Source: Trueperaceae bacterium
GTDB taxonomy: Bacteria > Deinococcota > Deinococci > Deinococcales > Trueperaceae
Assembly (NCBI GenBank): GCA_035703635.1
Contig: DASSXV010000005.1
Location: forward strand, 1-64,000
DNA length: 64,000 nucleotides
Direction of reading: 5' to 3'
The first letter of the stretch is position 1. Each line of letters starts with the position of its first letter. A program made the position numbers and the translations under genes. Of this stretch, positions 36,595 to 47,348 are shown one piece after another. The notes beneath the pieces are model-generated. The model worked only from the letters and a program-made list of their open reading frames with translations, did not search any database and was not told the DNA's origin.

Positions 36595-37412
36595 CGAGCG
36601 CAGTACCAGAGATCTCGGTCATAGTGCCAACGCACAACCGCCGCACCCTCCTAGAACGTAAACTCCGGGCCCTCGAGGGTGAGGAGGTCGCCTTCGAGGT
36701 GGTGGTGGTCGCCGACGCATGCAGCGACGATACCGAACGCTTTCTCGCGCGCTTCCAGCCGAGCTACCCGTTGTCGTGGGCGACCGCTCCAGGCAAGCAC
36801 GCCGCTTACGCCCGCAACCAAGGCGCACGCATGGCGCGCGGTGACGTGGTGCTATTCAGCGACGACGACATGATCCCGAGGCCCGGATGGCTGGCCAAGA
36901 ACCTCGCCCTGCACGAGCTACCCGGCCGCGTTGGGGTCAGCCGCCAAGTGTTGCCGCCTCACCTTGGGCACGGCGCGACTCTCAGCCGCACCGCGGGGTG
37001 GTGGCAGGCGCCAGGTGGATCGTTGAGCATGCGCGCTGACCTGTTCGCGGCAGTCGGCCGCTACGACGAGTCGTTCTCTGGCTACGGCGGCGAGGACGCC
37101 GACCTCGGCTACCGCCTCAAGCAGGCGGGTGCGGACTTCAGGTTCTTGCCTGACGCGGTCGTCGAGCACTGGGACGAGCACTTCGACGCCGACTTGGAGG
37201 CCAAGGCGCGCTCGGCCGGAGCGGCTCACGTGCGGGTGTGGCGCAAGCACGCCACCCCGGAAGTGGCCTGGGCGCTGGGTGTTCACCCGCTGATGCTTGG
37301 GGCGAAGCGGGCGCTGCTTGCGTTGCCACTTGGACTCCTGGTGGGCCGTGAACGATACCGCTACGAAGTCGCCTACGCCCAAGGCGCACGCGACGCCATC
37401 AACGGAAGGTGA
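36591..37412 (+). CDS. GT2 glycosyltransferase
   Basis: SVIVPTHNR, ARNQG, FSDDD, YGGEDADLGYR. Confidence 0.92.
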   Translation: MTSAVPEISVIVPTHNRRTLLERKLRALEGEEVAFEVVVVADACSDDTERFLARFQPSYPLSWATAPGKHAAYARNQGARMARGDVVLFSDDDMIPRPGWLAKNLALHELPGRVGVSRQVLPPHLGHGATLSRTAGWWQAPGGSLSMRADLFAAVGRYDESFSGYGGEDADLGYRLKQAGADFRFLPDAVVEHWDEHFDADLEAKARSAGAAHVRVWRKHATPEVAWALGVHPLMLGAKRALLALPLGLLVGRERYRYEVAYAQGARDAINGR

Positions 37413-37421
37413 CCTAAAGCG

Positions 37422-38459
37422 ATGAGCGAACTAGCGATAGGCAAGCTGCTCAACCAGATCTTCGAGGGTGAGACCCTAAGCCGCGTCGAGGCGCGCAGCG
37501 TGCTCGGCAGGCTCATGGATGGGCAGCTCTCGCAAGTGCAAGCCGCCGCGCTCCTGGCCGCCTTGCGCATGCGCGGCGAGACGGTCGATGAGATAACGGG
37601 CTTCGCGGAGGCCATGCGCCAACGTGCCATCAAGGTGCCCGTGCGTCACGCGGGACCCTTGGTCGACACGTGCGGCACCGGCGGCACGGGCGTCGACACG
37701 ATCAACATCAGCACCACCGCCATGTTCGTGGCGGCGGCAGGCGGCGCTCGCCTCGCCAAGCACGGCAACGTCGGCGTTACGCGCAGGTCGGGCTCGGCCA
37801 ACGTCCTGGAGGAGCTGGGCGTCGACTTGGAGGCGAGCCCCGAGCGTCTGGCGGAGGGGGTCGAGGTGACGGGCATGGCGTTCGTGTACGCCCGGCGCTT
37901 TCACCCGGCCATGGGCTTCGTAGCCCCGATCAGGGCAGACTTGCAGGCTCGCACCATCTTCAACAACCTGGGTCCACTTACGAACCCTGCAGGCGCCGAC
38001 AGGCAGTTGATGGGCGTCTACGACCCGCGGCTAACTGAGACCCTCGCCGAGGTGCTGCGCGGCCTTGGCCTCACGCGCGCGCTCGTCGTGCACGGTGACG
38101 TCATCGACGACTTCACCGTCACCGGCCCAAGCAAGGTCACGGAGCTGGAGGCCGACGGCTCCCTGCACACTTACGTCGTTACTCCAGAGCAAGTCGGTTT
38201 GGAGCGCCACCACATAGGGGAGATCGCTGGCGGCGACCCCAAGACGAACGCCCGCCTATTGCGGGCAGTGCTCGCCAACGAGGCGGGTCCAGCCATGCGT
38301 GACGTGACCTTGTTCAACGCAGGTGCGGCCCTCTACCTGGCAGACAGGGCAGACAGCCTCGCTGGCGGGGTTGAACTGGCGCGCTCGGTGCTCGAGAGCG
38401 GCGCGGCGGCCCGCAAGCTCGAGGAGTACCTGGCCTTCAATGCGCGCCCAGCGGCCTAG
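37422..38459 (+). CDS. trpD: Anthranilate phosphoribosyltransferase
   Basis: DTCGTGG, NIST, KHGN, RTIFNNLGPLTNP. Confidence 0.96.
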   Translation: MSELAIGKLLNQIFEGETLSRVEARSVLGRLMDGQLSQVQAAALLAALRMRGETVDEITGFAEAMRQRAIKVPVRHAGPLVDTCGTGGTGVDTINISTTAMFVAAAGGARLAKHGNVGVTRRSGSANVLEELGVDLEASPERLAEGVEVTGMAFVYARRFHPAMGFVAPIRADLQARTIFNNLGPLTNPAGADRQLMGVYDPRLTETLAEVLRGLGLTRALVVHGDVIDDFTVTGPSKVTELEADGSLHTYVVTPEQVGLERHHIGEIAGGDPKTNARLLRAVLANEAGPAMRDVTLFNAGAALYLADRADSLAGGVELARSVLESGAAARKLEEYLAFNARPAA

Positions 38460-38555
38460 CCGCGCATGGGTACTCACTTGGCTTCCGCTTATACTCCGGG
38501 CGCTTGCGGCCGCTGCGAAGCCGGTGCCGCTGTCTCAACCCGTGGAGGAACGTAG

Positions 38556-39464
38556 ATGATTGTCGAGCAGAACAAGGCCAACGTCGCTGACCGTTTCAGG
38601 GGCGGCGTGATCATGGACGTCGTGACTGCCGAGCAGGCGCGCATAGCGGAGGACGCGGGCGCCGTAGCGGTCATGGCCCTTGAGCGTGTGCCTGCCGACA
38701 TCAGGGTGGAGGGCGGCGTCGCCCGCATGTCCGACCCGGGGCTGATCGAGAGCATCATCAACGCCGTGGCCGTCCCCGTCATGGCCAAGGTGCGCATAGG
38801 GCACTTCGTCGAGGCCCAGGTGCTGCTCGCCTTGGGTGTCGACTTCATCGACGAGTCGGAGGTCCTCACTCCGGCCGACGACGCGTACCACATCGACAAG
38901 CACGCCTTCAGGGTGCCGTTCGTGTGCGGGGCCACCAACATCGGCGAGGCGCTAAGGCGCATCGGTGAGGGCGCCGCCATGATCCGCACGAAAGGCGAGG
39001 CAGGCACGGGCAACGTCGTCGAGGCGGTTCGCCACGCCCGCGCGGTGTTGGGCGAGGTGCGCGCGCTGCGGAGCATGCCACGCGAAGAACTGATGACCTA
39101 CGCCAAGAACCACGGCGCCCCGTTCGACTTGGTCGAGTACGTTCACGAGCACGGCAAGCTACCCGTCCCGAACTTCGCGGCAGGCGGCATCGCCACGCCA
39201 GCAGACGCGGCGCTCATGATGCAGCTCGGAGTTGACGGCGTGTTCGTCGGCTCAGGCATCTTCAAGGCCGCCGCGGGCGAGACGGACAAGTCAAAGCGTC
39301 ACGCCGCCTGGTTGCGCCGAGCAGAGGCCATCGTTAAGGCCACCACGCACTTCGACGAGCCAGCCATCATCGCCGAGGTGAGCAAGAACTTGGGCGACGC
39401 CATGGTCGGCATCAACATCGACACCCTCGCCCCTTCCGACCTGCTGGCTAGACGCGGCTGGTGA
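38556..39464 (+). CDS. pdxS: PLP synthase subunit
   Basis: [37 protein letters not shown]. Confidence 0.97.
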   Translation: MIVEQNKANVADRFRGGVIMDVVTAEQARIAEDAGAVAVMALERVPADIRVEGGVARMSDPGLIESIINAVAVPVMAKVRIGHFVEAQVLLALGVDFIDESEVLTPADDAYHIDKHAFRVPFVCGATNIGEALRRIGEGAAMIRTKGEAGTGNVVEAVRHARAVLGEVRALRSMPREELMTYAKNHGAPFDLVEYVHEHGKLPVPNFAAGGIATPADAALMMQLGVDGVFVGSGIFKAAAGETDKSKRHAAWLRRAEAIVKATTHFDEPAIIAEVSKNLGDAMVGINIDTLAPSDLLARRGW

Positions 39465-39552
39465 AGTTCATCGCCGCGCGCAAGCAGCGCGCTGAGCGGC
39501 TGGCGTGGCGGCGTCGCGGGGCGGCCGCCTCAACTCATGAGGTATTGCTAGC

Positions 39553-41757
39553 ATGGTCGGCGTGAAGCTCGTTCAAGGCCTGTTCTTGCTGCTACTGACC
39601 GGCGTGCTGTCGATCGGTTCTCTGCTGGCATCATCGGGGCTCAAGTGGTCGCAGGAGCTACCTTCGCTCGAGAAACTAGACGCCCTTGAGTTCTCCGCCA
39701 CCTCACAGGTGTACGCGCGCGACGGCGAAACCCGCATCGGCCTCATCGTCCCCGTCATGGGTGAGGGTCGCGAGTCGACTAACCGCATCCCCGTCAGCCT
39801 CGACGAGGTGTCACCTGCTGCCTTGCAGGCCATCGTCGCGTACGAGGACGACCAGTTCTACCGCCACTACGGCATGGACATCACGGCGTTCATGCGCGCC
39901 GTTTACGAGGAGTTCCTCGGCGACTCGTCGCGCGGCGGCTCGACCATCACGACACAGGTCATCAAGAACACCCTCCTCGAGGACATCCGGCTGGAGCGCT
40001 CGTTGGAGCGCAAGGTCAAGGAGATCATGCTGGCGCTCGAACTCGAGCGCCGCCTCACGAAACCCGAGATCTTGCAGCGTTACGTCAACATGGTGTTCTG
40101 GGGCGGCAACGTCTACGGTATCCGCTCAGCTGCCCAGACTTATTTCGGCAAGGACCCCATCGAGCTCAACTTGGCGGAGGGGCTTTACCTCGCCCGTCTG
40201 ATCCCCGCGCCTAACGCGCGCCACGACGACTTCACCACCACGCGCCGCAGCATGCGCGAGGTGCTCGACAAGATGGTGCGGCAGGGGACGATCAGTTCCG
40301 AGATGGCCGATCGCGCCTGGCGTTACCCGCTCGAGCCGCTCGGTTGGGACGTGGTGTACGACGATAAAGGCAACATCGTCACCGCCGAACGGACCGGCGT
40401 CGAGGTCGTGGTGCAGTCGAGCATCAGCTCCGACCTCTCGCGCGCGGTTCTGATTGCGGTGCGCAACTGGTTGACGGAAACGTACGGCGAGAGCGTGGTC
40501 TTCGGTAGGGGCGGCTTGCGGGTCGTTACTACCATCGACGTGCAGGCGCAGGTGGCGGCCAACCAGGCCAGCCTCACCGCCGAGATTCCGCCGGGAGCGC
40601 AGATGGCCATCGTCGGCATAGACCCCGGCACGGGCGCGGTACTCGCCATGGTTGGGCAGAAGCTGAGTCCAGACGCGCCGGCTGGCGAGTTCAACCGCGC
40701 AACCCAAGCGTTGCGGCAGCCGGGCAGTTCCTTCAAGCCGATCGTGTTCGCCACCGCCATCGAACAGGGCGCCATGAACCAGGCAACCATCTTGGTCGAC
40801 GAACCGACCGAGTTCTTGGCGCGCGGCCAGGCGCCATACGAGCCGAGGAACCACGACAAGCAGTTCGACGGCTACCAGACCATCAGGGCGTCTTTGAACC
40901 GCAGCCGTAACATCCCCGCCGTCAAGGCCCTCGAGGCGGCTAGTGCGGAGGCCGTGGCGGAGAAGTCGCGTGAACTCGGCTACGACGTCGCGCCTTACTA
41001 CTCCCTGGCACTTGGCACGTTCGAGACGACGCCGCTGCAGCACACCGCAGCCATGGCCGCGTTCGCTAGCGGCGGAATCTACACTGAGCCTTACTTCATC
41101 GAGCGCGTAGAAGACGCTGACGGCAACCTGCTTTACCAGGCCGCGCCGCGCACCGCGCGAGTCTGGAGCGAAGAGACCGCCTACATCATGCTCGACATGA
41201 TGCACGGCAACGTCGTCGATAGAGAGCCGGCATACGGCCTCTCGAACCGCGCCGTCATCCCAGGGCGCTGGGTGGCCGGCAAGACCGGCACCACTAACGA
41301 CGAGGTAGACATCTGGTTCGTTGGCATGACGCCAGGGATGGTGGCCTCCGTGTGGATCGGCAACGACAACTCGTCCAGCCTCCCAGGCAGCATGACGTTG
41401 TCTAGCGGCGGTAGCGATCAGGTGAACAGTTCGCGCCAGCCCATCTACATCTGGAACGACTTCGTCGAGGCCGCATTGCGGGGCAGGCCGGCAGCGCCGG
41501 AAGGCTTCCCCGTGCCTCCGGGCATAGCCTTCCATACCCTCGACCTCAAGACGGGCGCGGTCGATTCAGGTGGCGTACGCGCCGCCTTCCGCGACACCGA
41601 CCAGCTCTCGAGCACGGGCGTTGGCGGGGCAGTGAAGATTAAGCTGCCGATAGACACGGCCACGGGCCTCCGCGCCAGCGTCGACACGCCGGTCGACCGC
41701 CTGCAGATCATCGAGGTGGATCCGGCCGACGTCGCGAAGTACTTGGGAGGCACTTGA
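39553..41757 (+). CDS. Class A penicillin-binding protein (PBP1A-like)
   Basis: EDDQF, GGSTITTQ, RKVKE, SSFK, SRN, KTGT. Confidence 0.95.
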   Translation: MVGVKLVQGLFLLLLTGVLSIGSLLASSGLKWSQELPSLEKLDALEFSATSQVYARDGETRIGLIVPVMGEGRESTNRIPVSLDEVSPAALQAIVAYEDDQFYRHYGMDITAFMRAVYEEFLGDSSRGGSTITTQVIKNTLLEDIRLERSLERKVKEIMLALELERRLTKPEILQRYVNMVFWGGNVYGIRSAAQTYFGKDPIELNLAEGLYLARLIPAPNARHDDFTTTRRSMREVLDKMVRQGTISSEMADRAWRYPLEPLGWDVVYDDKGNIVTAERTGVEVVVQSSISSDLSRAVLIAVRNWLTETYGESVVFGRGGLRVVTTIDVQAQVAANQASLTAEIPPGAQMAIVGIDPGTGAVLAMVGQKLSPDAPAGEFNRATQALRQPGSSFKPIVFATAIEQGAMNQATILVDEPTEFLARGQAPYEPRNHDKQFDGYQTIRASLNRSRNIPAVKALEAASAEAVAEKSRELGYDVAPYYSLALGTFETTPLQHTAAMAAFASGGIYTEPYFIERVEDADGNLLYQAAPRTARVWSEETAYIMLDMMHGNVVDREPAYGLSNRAVIPGRWVAGKTGTTNDEVDIWFVGMTPGMVASVWIGNDNSSSLPGSMTLSSGGSDQVNSSRQPIYIWNDFVEAALRGRPAAPEGFPVPPGIAFHTLDLKTGAVDSGGVRAAFRDTDQLSSTGVGGAVKIKLPIDTATGLRASVDTPVDRLQIIEVDPADVAKYLGGT

Positions 41758-42686
41758 TGGTCAACACCCTGGAGAACGAGACGTTGACGGCGGTGGCTGG
41801 CATCGCGGTTGGGCACTTCACCGACCTCGCCGCGCGCACGGGCTGCACGGTCGTGCTCACCCCGGAAGGGTGCGTCGCTTCAGGTGTTGCTCTCGGGCCG
41901 GCGCCGGGTACGCGCGAGTACGTGCTGTTGCAGCCTGACAAGACCGTGCCTGGGGTAGACGCCGTCGTCCTCACGGGAGGCAGCGCCTTCGGCTTGGCCG
42001 CCGCCGACGGTGTCATGGGGTGGCTGGAGGAGCAGGGTCGCGGCTTCGACACCGGCGTGGCCCGCGTGCCGATCGTGCCTGCGGCCGTGCTGTTCGACCT
42101 GGCCGTGGGTTCCGCCACGGTGCGGCCCGATGCCGCCGCTGGCCGCGCCGCCGCCGCTGCCGCAACGAGCGCGCCGGTGGCGCAGGGCCGCGTCGGCGCA
42201 GGCACTGGCGCGACGGTCGGCAAACTGCGCGGGCCCGAGCTGGCTAGCGCCAGCGGCCTCGGCAGTCACGCCGTCAAGATCGGCGGGGCGGTCGTCGCCG
42301 CCATCGGCATCAGCAACGCGGTCGGCAACGTGGTTGACCCGAACACGGGCCGGGTCGTGGCAGGGTTGGCAGAAACTGTCGGCTTGGCAGCAGCCGAGGG
42401 GTTCGCGGCCATGCCAGGAACCAACACCACGTTGGTGCTGGTCGCAACCGACGCTCCGATCACTAAAGCGCAAGCTAACGCCTTGGCAACGAGTGCGCAC
42501 ATCGGCATCGCCCGCATCACGCGCCCGTCGCACACCGTTTTCGATGGCGACACCGCCTTCGTCGTCTCGACGGGCGCGGGCCCGGAAGTGCCGCTTGCGG
42601 CGCTATCGATCGCCGTGCAGGAAGTCGTTGCAGCCGCGCTCCTCAAGGGCGTGGCCGCCGGCGGCGCGGGCGACACAACAGACTAG
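41757..42686 (+). CDS. DmpA/P1 (S58) family peptidase
   Basis: TGCTV, PGTRE, GGSAFGL, NTTL, FDGDT. Confidence 0.92.
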   Translation: MVNTLENETLTAVAGIAVGHFTDLAARTGCTVVLTPEGCVASGVALGPAPGTREYVLLQPDKTVPGVDAVVLTGGSAFGLAAADGVMGWLEEQGRGFDTGVARVPIVPAAVLFDLAVGSATVRPDAAAGRAAAAAATSAPVAQGRVGAGTGATVGKLRGPELASASGLGSHAVKIGGAVVAAIGISNAVGNVVDPNTGRVVAGLAETVGLAAAEGFAAMPGTNTTLVLVATDAPITKAQANALATSAHIGIARITRPSHTVFDGDTAFVVSTGAGPEVPLAALSIAVQEVVAAALLKGVAAGGAGDTTD

Positions 42687-42700
42687 GGAGTCAGAACAAC

Positions 42701-43246
42701 GTGAGCAACCTTTACCACCTGTCCGCCGGCCAGGCCGCCCCTGAGCTGGTCGACGCCATCATCGAAGTGCCTGGCGGTTCGTCCAACAAGTACGAGTACG
42801 ACCCCGAAGTCGGGGTCTTCCGCCTCGACCGCGTGCTCTACAGCCCCATGCACTACCCCGGCGAGTACGGCTTCATACCGAGCACTTACGCCGATGACAA
42901 CGACCCGCTCGACATCCTCGTGCTCATGAACCGGCCGACGTTCACGGGCGCCGTTCTGCGCGCGCGGCCGCTCGGCTACCTCGAGATGAGCGACGAGAAG
43001 GGCCGCGACCAGAAGATCCTGGCCGTCCCGGTCGACGACCCGCGCTACGACGGCAACCGCCACCTCGACTCGATCTCACGCCACCGCCTGCGCGAGATCG
43101 AGCACTTCTTCCGCATCTACAAGGAACTAGAGGGGAAGAAGACGGTGGTGGAGGACTGGCACGGCATGGACGACACCTACACGCTCATCCGTAACGCCAT
43201 GGCCGCGTACCAGCGCAAGTTCGCTCAGCCGCCAGCAGGGGAGTGA
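42701..43246 (+). CDS. ppa: Inorganic pyrophosphatase
   Basis: KYEYD, DRVL, DNDPLD, HFFRIYKELE. Confidence 0.96.
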   Translation: MSNLYHLSAGQAAPELVDAIIEVPGGSSNKYEYDPEVGVFRLDRVLYSPMHYPGEYGFIPSTYADDNDPLDILVLMNRPTFTGAVLRARPLGYLEMSDEKGRDQKILAVPVDDPRYDGNRHLDSISRHRLREIEHFFRIYKELEGKKTVVEDWHGMDDTYTLIRNAMAAYQRKFAQPPAGE

Positions 43247-43256
43247 AGGCTCCCCT

Positions 43257-44420
43257 TCACTGTCCGACGCGGTAGATGATCCCCGAGTTGTAGTCGGCGA
43301 TGTAGAGCTCGGCGTCGGCGTCCTCACCGAAGGTGCTGACGTTGAAGCCCGTCTCGAACAGGGGCGTGATCTCCCAGCCGCTCTCCTCGCTGGTCGTCCA
43401 CACCCGCCCCGACGTGAAGTCGGCGAACACGTAGCGCCCGACTAGCGCCTCGACCGCCTTGCCGCGGTAGACGTACCCGCCCGAGATCGACGTGCCCCAC
43501 TGCGGTCCGTGTGGGTACTCGACCACGGGCAGGGTGAGGCCGTCCTCGTCGCACGTGGAGGCGTCGTAGCAGTGGGTGGCCTCCATCACCTTCCAGCCGT
43601 AGTTCTCACCGCCTGGGGAGCCTGCTGGTTGGTAGTTGACTTCCTCGTACGCGTTCTGCCCGACGTCCGCGATGTAGAGGTCGCCCGTCTCGTCGTCGAA
43701 CGCGAAGCGCCACGGGTTACGTAGCCCGTATGCCCAGATCTCGGGCTTGGCGCCAGGCGTTGCCACGAACGGGTTGCTGTCAGGCACGGCGTAGCCCTCC
43801 GCCACGGAGACGTCAAGTCGCAGCAGCTTCGCTAGCAGCGTGCCGAGGTTCTGGCCGTTGCCCTGGGGGTCGCCGCCGCTGCCGCCGTCACCTAGGCCAA
43901 GGTAGAGGTAACCATCGGGCCCGAAGGCGAGCTGGCCGCCGTTATGGTTCGCGTAAGGCTGGTCTTGCGTGAGGAGGACCTCCTCCGAACCGGCGTCGGC
44001 CCGATCCGGGTTGCCCGGTGTCACCGTGAAGCGCGAGAGCACGCTCTGGCCCTTGGCGCCCGTGTAGTACACGTAGAAGCGGCCACTGGCGCCGTAGTCG
44101 GGTGGGAACGCTAGGCCGAGCAGGCCGCGTTCCCCGCCGCTAGTTACGCGGTCGGCGATGTCGAGGAACGGTTCCTTGAGGAGCGCGCCGTCCTTGACGA
44201 TGCGCACCGTGCCCCCTTGCTGCACCACGAACAAGCGGGCGTCGCCAGCGTTGGTGATGGCGACGGGCTGCTTGAGGCCATCGGCGACCGGCACGAGGCG
44301 CTGCGCCACGGCCGACTGCAGGAGGCTGACGAGCATTAGGGTCAAGACGAGCGCCGTTAGGGCGCGGGCCGCGGGCGTTAAGGCGCGCCGCCTGCCTACT
44401 GTGACTTCCGGTTCTCTCAT
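43257..44420 (-). CDS. PQQ-dependent sugar dehydrogenase (GSDH family), paralogue 1
   Basis: ERGLLGLAF, NHNGG, YGLRNPWR, ADVGQ; signal peptide. Confidence 0.92.
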   Translation of the reverse strand: MREPEVTVGRRRALTPAARALTALVLTLMLVSLLQSAVAQRLVPVADGLKQPVAITNAGDARLFVVQQGGTVRIVKDGALLKEPFLDIADRVTSGGERGLLGLAFPPDYGASGRFYVYYTGAKGQSVLSRFTVTPGNPDRADAGSEEVLLTQDQPYANHNGGQLAFGPDGYLYLGLGDGGSGGDPQGNGQNLGTLLAKLLRLDVSVAEGYAVPDSNPFVATPGAKPEIWAYGLRNPWRFAFDDETGDLYIADVGQNAYEEVNYQPAGSPGGENYGWKVMEATHCYDASTCDEDGLTLPVVEYPHGPQWGTSISGGYVYRGKAVEALVGRYVFADFTSGRVWTTSEESGWEITPLFETGFNVSTFGEDADAELYIADYNSGIIYRVGQ

Positions 44421-44478
44421 GTGTCCAGGTTAGCGGCTTCGCACCATTAGGCTCGTGAGCGTTGGTACTGGACGGCGT

Positions 44479-45090
44479 TCACTCGCGCGGCTCGAGCGCC
44501 TCTGCTTCTGTGGCGTAACGCGGCAGCCACCGCTTCGTGATCTCCCGCAACTCCTCATCGCTCAGCCTCACCCGGTCGTACATGCCTGCCGCAAGGCGTT
44601 GGCGTTGCGCCTCGAACAAGATGACGGCGGCCGCCACGCTGACGTTCAAAGACTGCACCATGCCAAGCATGGGGATGATCACGTGCTCGTCGGCCAGTGC
44701 AGCGGCCTCGCTACTCACGCCTGCCTTCTCGTTTCCTAGGAGGAGGGCGCACGGTTGCGTGTAGTCGACCGCGCGGTAGTCGACGGCCTGTTGTGAGAGG
44801 TGCGCGGCGTACACGCGCATGCCGCGCGCCTTCAGCGCGGCTACCGCACTAGCTATGCCGTCGTGCACGACTAGTTCCACCCACTTGTCGGCGCTGGCGC
44901 TGGTGGCGCTGAAGGTGGCCACGCCGCCTGTCGGCCTCACCGCATGCACTGTGCCTATGCCTACCGCGTCGCAGCTTCGGATCACGGCCGAGAGGTTGTG
45001 CGGTTTGTGCACCTCCTCGGCCAGTACCGTTAGGTCGGGTTGGCGTTTGGAGAGGACGTCGGAAATGCGTTGCCTGCGCTGCAGGGTCAT
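44479..45090 (-). CDS. trmH: tRNA Gm18 methyltransferase
   Basis: KRQPDLTVL, HKPHNLSAVIRSCDAVG, SLNVSVA. Confidence 0.95.
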   Translation of the reverse strand: MTLQRRQRISDVLSKRQPDLTVLAEEVHKPHNLSAVIRSCDAVGIGTVHAVRPTGGVATFSATSASADKWVELVVHDGIASAVAALKARGMRVYAAHLSQQAVDYRAVDYTQPCALLLGNEKAGVSSEAAALADEHVIIPMLGMVQSLNVSVAAAVILFEAQRQRLAAGMYDRVRLSDEELREITKRWLPRYATEAEALEPRE

Positions 45091-45139
45091 GGGGGAGAGG
45101 ATAACCGCCAGCCGCCATGCGCAGGGTTAGCATTGACGG

Positions 45140-45631
45140 GTGTCTACTGCAGCAGTCAGAGAGTACTTGAGGCGTTTCGGCAAGGCGGACGCCGTGATGG
45201 AGTTCACGGAGTCGAGCGCGACGGTCGCGCTCGCCGCCGAGAAGGTTGGGACTGAACCAGCGCGCATCGCCAAGACCCTCGCGTTCTACGACCCTGATGA
45301 GCCAAGGCGGGCCGTGCTCGTCGTGGCGGCGGGCGACGCTCGCCTGCATAACGGCTCTTTCAAGCGCGAGATCGGCGGCAAGCCACGGATGTTGGCTGCC
45401 GCTGACGTCGAGGCGTTGACGGGCCACCCAGTTGGCGGCGTCTGCCCGTTCGCTAACCCGGCAGGCACGCGCGTTTACCTGGACGAGTCGTTGCGGCGCT
45501 TCGAGACCGTCTACCCGGCGGCGGGGACGGCAGCGTCTGCCGTGCCGATGACCCTCGCAGAGTTGGAGCTGGCGGCGGCCGCCGTTGGCTGGGTGACGGT
45601 CACGAACGGGTGGCAGCCGGAGGAGGACTAG
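45140..45631 (+). CDS. YbaK/EbsC aminoacyl-tRNA editing protein
   Basis: IAKTL, TGHPVGGVCPF, YPAAG. Confidence 0.9.
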   Translation: MSTAAVREYLRRFGKADAVMEFTESSATVALAAEKVGTEPARIAKTLAFYDPDEPRRAVLVVAAGDARLHNGSFKREIGGKPRMLAAADVEALTGHPVGGVCPFANPAGTRVYLDESLRRFETVYPAAGTAASAVPMTLAELELAAAAVGWVTVTNGWQPEED

Positions 45632-45643
45632 CGGGCGCCGTGG

Positions 45644-46813
45644 TCACCTGCCGATGCGGTAGAGGCTGCCGTCCTTGTAGTCCGCCAAGTAGAGCTCGCC
45701 GTTGGCGTCCTCACCGAAGGTCGTGACTTGCATGTGCGTGTTGCTGAAGAGCGGCGTGCGCTGCCACCCGCTCGCTGCCGAAGTGCGCCACACGTTGCCA
45801 GAGACGTAGTCGCCGAACACGTAACTGCCAACCAGGTCGGGCACGGCCGTGCCGCGGTAGACGTAGCCCCCGGTGATCGCCTTGCCGGTCGAGGGGCCGT
45901 GCCCGTATGTGAGGACTGGCAGGGTCAAGTCCGCGCCGTCGCAAGCGGGGGTCCGGAAGCAACTAGCGCCTTCCATGACGTTCCAGCCGTAGTTCTCGCC
46001 GCCGCCGGAAGCCGCGGGTTGCACGTCTAACTCCTCGAAGGCGGACTCTCCTACGTCGGCGATGTAGAGGTCGCCCGTCTCGCGGTCGAATGAGAAGCGC
46101 CACGGGTTGCGCAGGCCGTAGGCCCAGATCTCTGGCTCGGCACCTGGCGTGTTCACGAACGGGTTCGTGTCCGGCACCTCGTAAGGGCTAGCGCCGGAGA
46201 CGTCTAGCCGCAAGATCTTGCCCCGCAGGTTGGAAAGGTCGGTGGCGGCTGCCCCTCCCTCAGCGCCGTCGCCACTGGCGATGTAGAGGAAGCCGTCCGG
46301 ACCGAACGCCAACTCGCCACCGTTATGGAACGACGTTGGGCGCGGGATCTCGAGGATGACTGCTTCCGACGTGGCGTCCGCCACGTCTGGCGCGCCCGGC
46401 GCTACCAGGTACGAAGCGATGATCGTGGTGCCGTCCAGATCCGTGTAATTGACGTAGAAGCGGCCGTTGTCAGCGTAATTGGGGTCGAAGGCCAGCCCGA
46501 GCAAGCCGCGCTCGCCGCCCGTGGATACGCGCTCGGAGAGGTCGAGGAACGGCGTCGTGAGGAGCTGGCCACCGCGCACGACGCGGATGGTGCCGCCCTT
46601 CTCGGCCACGAACAGGCGATCGTCGCCCGCGTTGGCGATGGTGGTTGGCTGCAGCAAGCCGCTGACGACCCGGTTCAGCTTGAGTTGCCCGCCAGGCGGC
46701 GGAGGCGGGCTGTCTGGCGGGCTGCACGAAGCCAACAGTGCAGCAATTGCAAGCGCGAGCGCGGCGAAACGTGTAGTTAGTAGAGGTGGCGCCTTGCGCC
46801 GGCGGCGTGACAT
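45644..46813 (-). CDS. PQQ-dependent sugar dehydrogenase (GSDH family), paralogue 2, lipoprotein
   Basis: Lipobox LLASC; ERGLLGLAF, FHNGG, YGLRNPWR. Confidence 0.92.
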   Translation of the reverse strand: MSRRRRKAPPLLTTRFAALALAIAALLASCSPPDSPPPPPGGQLKLNRVVSGLLQPTTIANAGDDRLFVAEKGGTIRVVRGGQLLTTPFLDLSERVSTGGERGLLGLAFDPNYADNGRFYVNYTDLDGTTIIASYLVAPGAPDVADATSEAVILEIPRPTSFHNGGELAFGPDGFLYIASGDGAEGGAAATDLSNLRGKILRLDVSGASPYEVPDTNPFVNTPGAEPEIWAYGLRNPWRFSFDRETGDLYIADVGESAFEELDVQPAASGGGENYGWNVMEGASCFRTPACDGADLTLPVLTYGHGPSTGKAITGGYVYRGTAVPDLVGSYVFGDYVSGNVWRTSAASGWQRTPLFSNTHMQVTTFGEDANGELYLADYKDGSLYRIGR

Positions 46814-46889
46814 GCGTTCCAGGATGCCACGCGCCGGCCCCCGGCAGTGAGTGCGCCGCACAACTGCCCCAGAGTGTGACGTGCCCTCC

Positions 46890-47348
46890 CTACTCGCTGA
46901 CGGTGAAGGTCAGGAATCCCTCGACGACGTGCGTGTCCACAGAGACGATGCGCCACATGACCACGTATGTGCCAGCGCCAAGCGCAGCCTCCGGGGTGAG
47001 TTGCACGGTCTTGGTCCTACCACTACTTGGGTCGAGGGTGCTGACTACGGCGCGTTCGTCCGGCGCTTGCGACTCCATCACTTCGTCGACGAGGAGTTGA
47101 GCTAGGCCCTCGAGCTTGGCCGCGTAATCCGTGTCGCTAGGGTCAAGGTCGTTCGCGAGTCGGTAAAGCTTGAAGGTGGAGAAGCCAGCCTCCAGCTCCT
47201 CGGTGAAGCTGAGGGTGATGGCGGCTGGCGCAGCAGCCAGCACGCTGCCGTCTGCGGGGTCGGACGAGTCGAGCGCGGCGTGCGCTAGTGCGTTTCCGAA
47301 CAAGCCGACGACGAGCAGGACGGCGAGTGCGCTGATGCGGTTGGGCAT
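46890..47348 (-). CDS. copC: Copper resistance protein CopC
   Basis: ALA|HAAL..SDP, WRIVSVDTHVVEG. Confidence 0.88.
   Translation of the reverse strand: MPNRISALAVLLVVGLFGNALAHAALDSSDPADGSVLAAAPAAITLSFTEELEAGFSTFKLYRLANDLDPSDTDYAAKLEGLAQLLVDEVMESQAPDERAVVSTLDPSSGRTKTVQLTPEAALGAGTYVVMWRIVSVDTHVVEGFLTFTVSE

Noticed and set aside
38556-39464. pdxS without pdxT borrowing TrpG as its glutaminase
   Set aside because: pdxT may lie elsewhere in the genome; no evidence beyond proximity.
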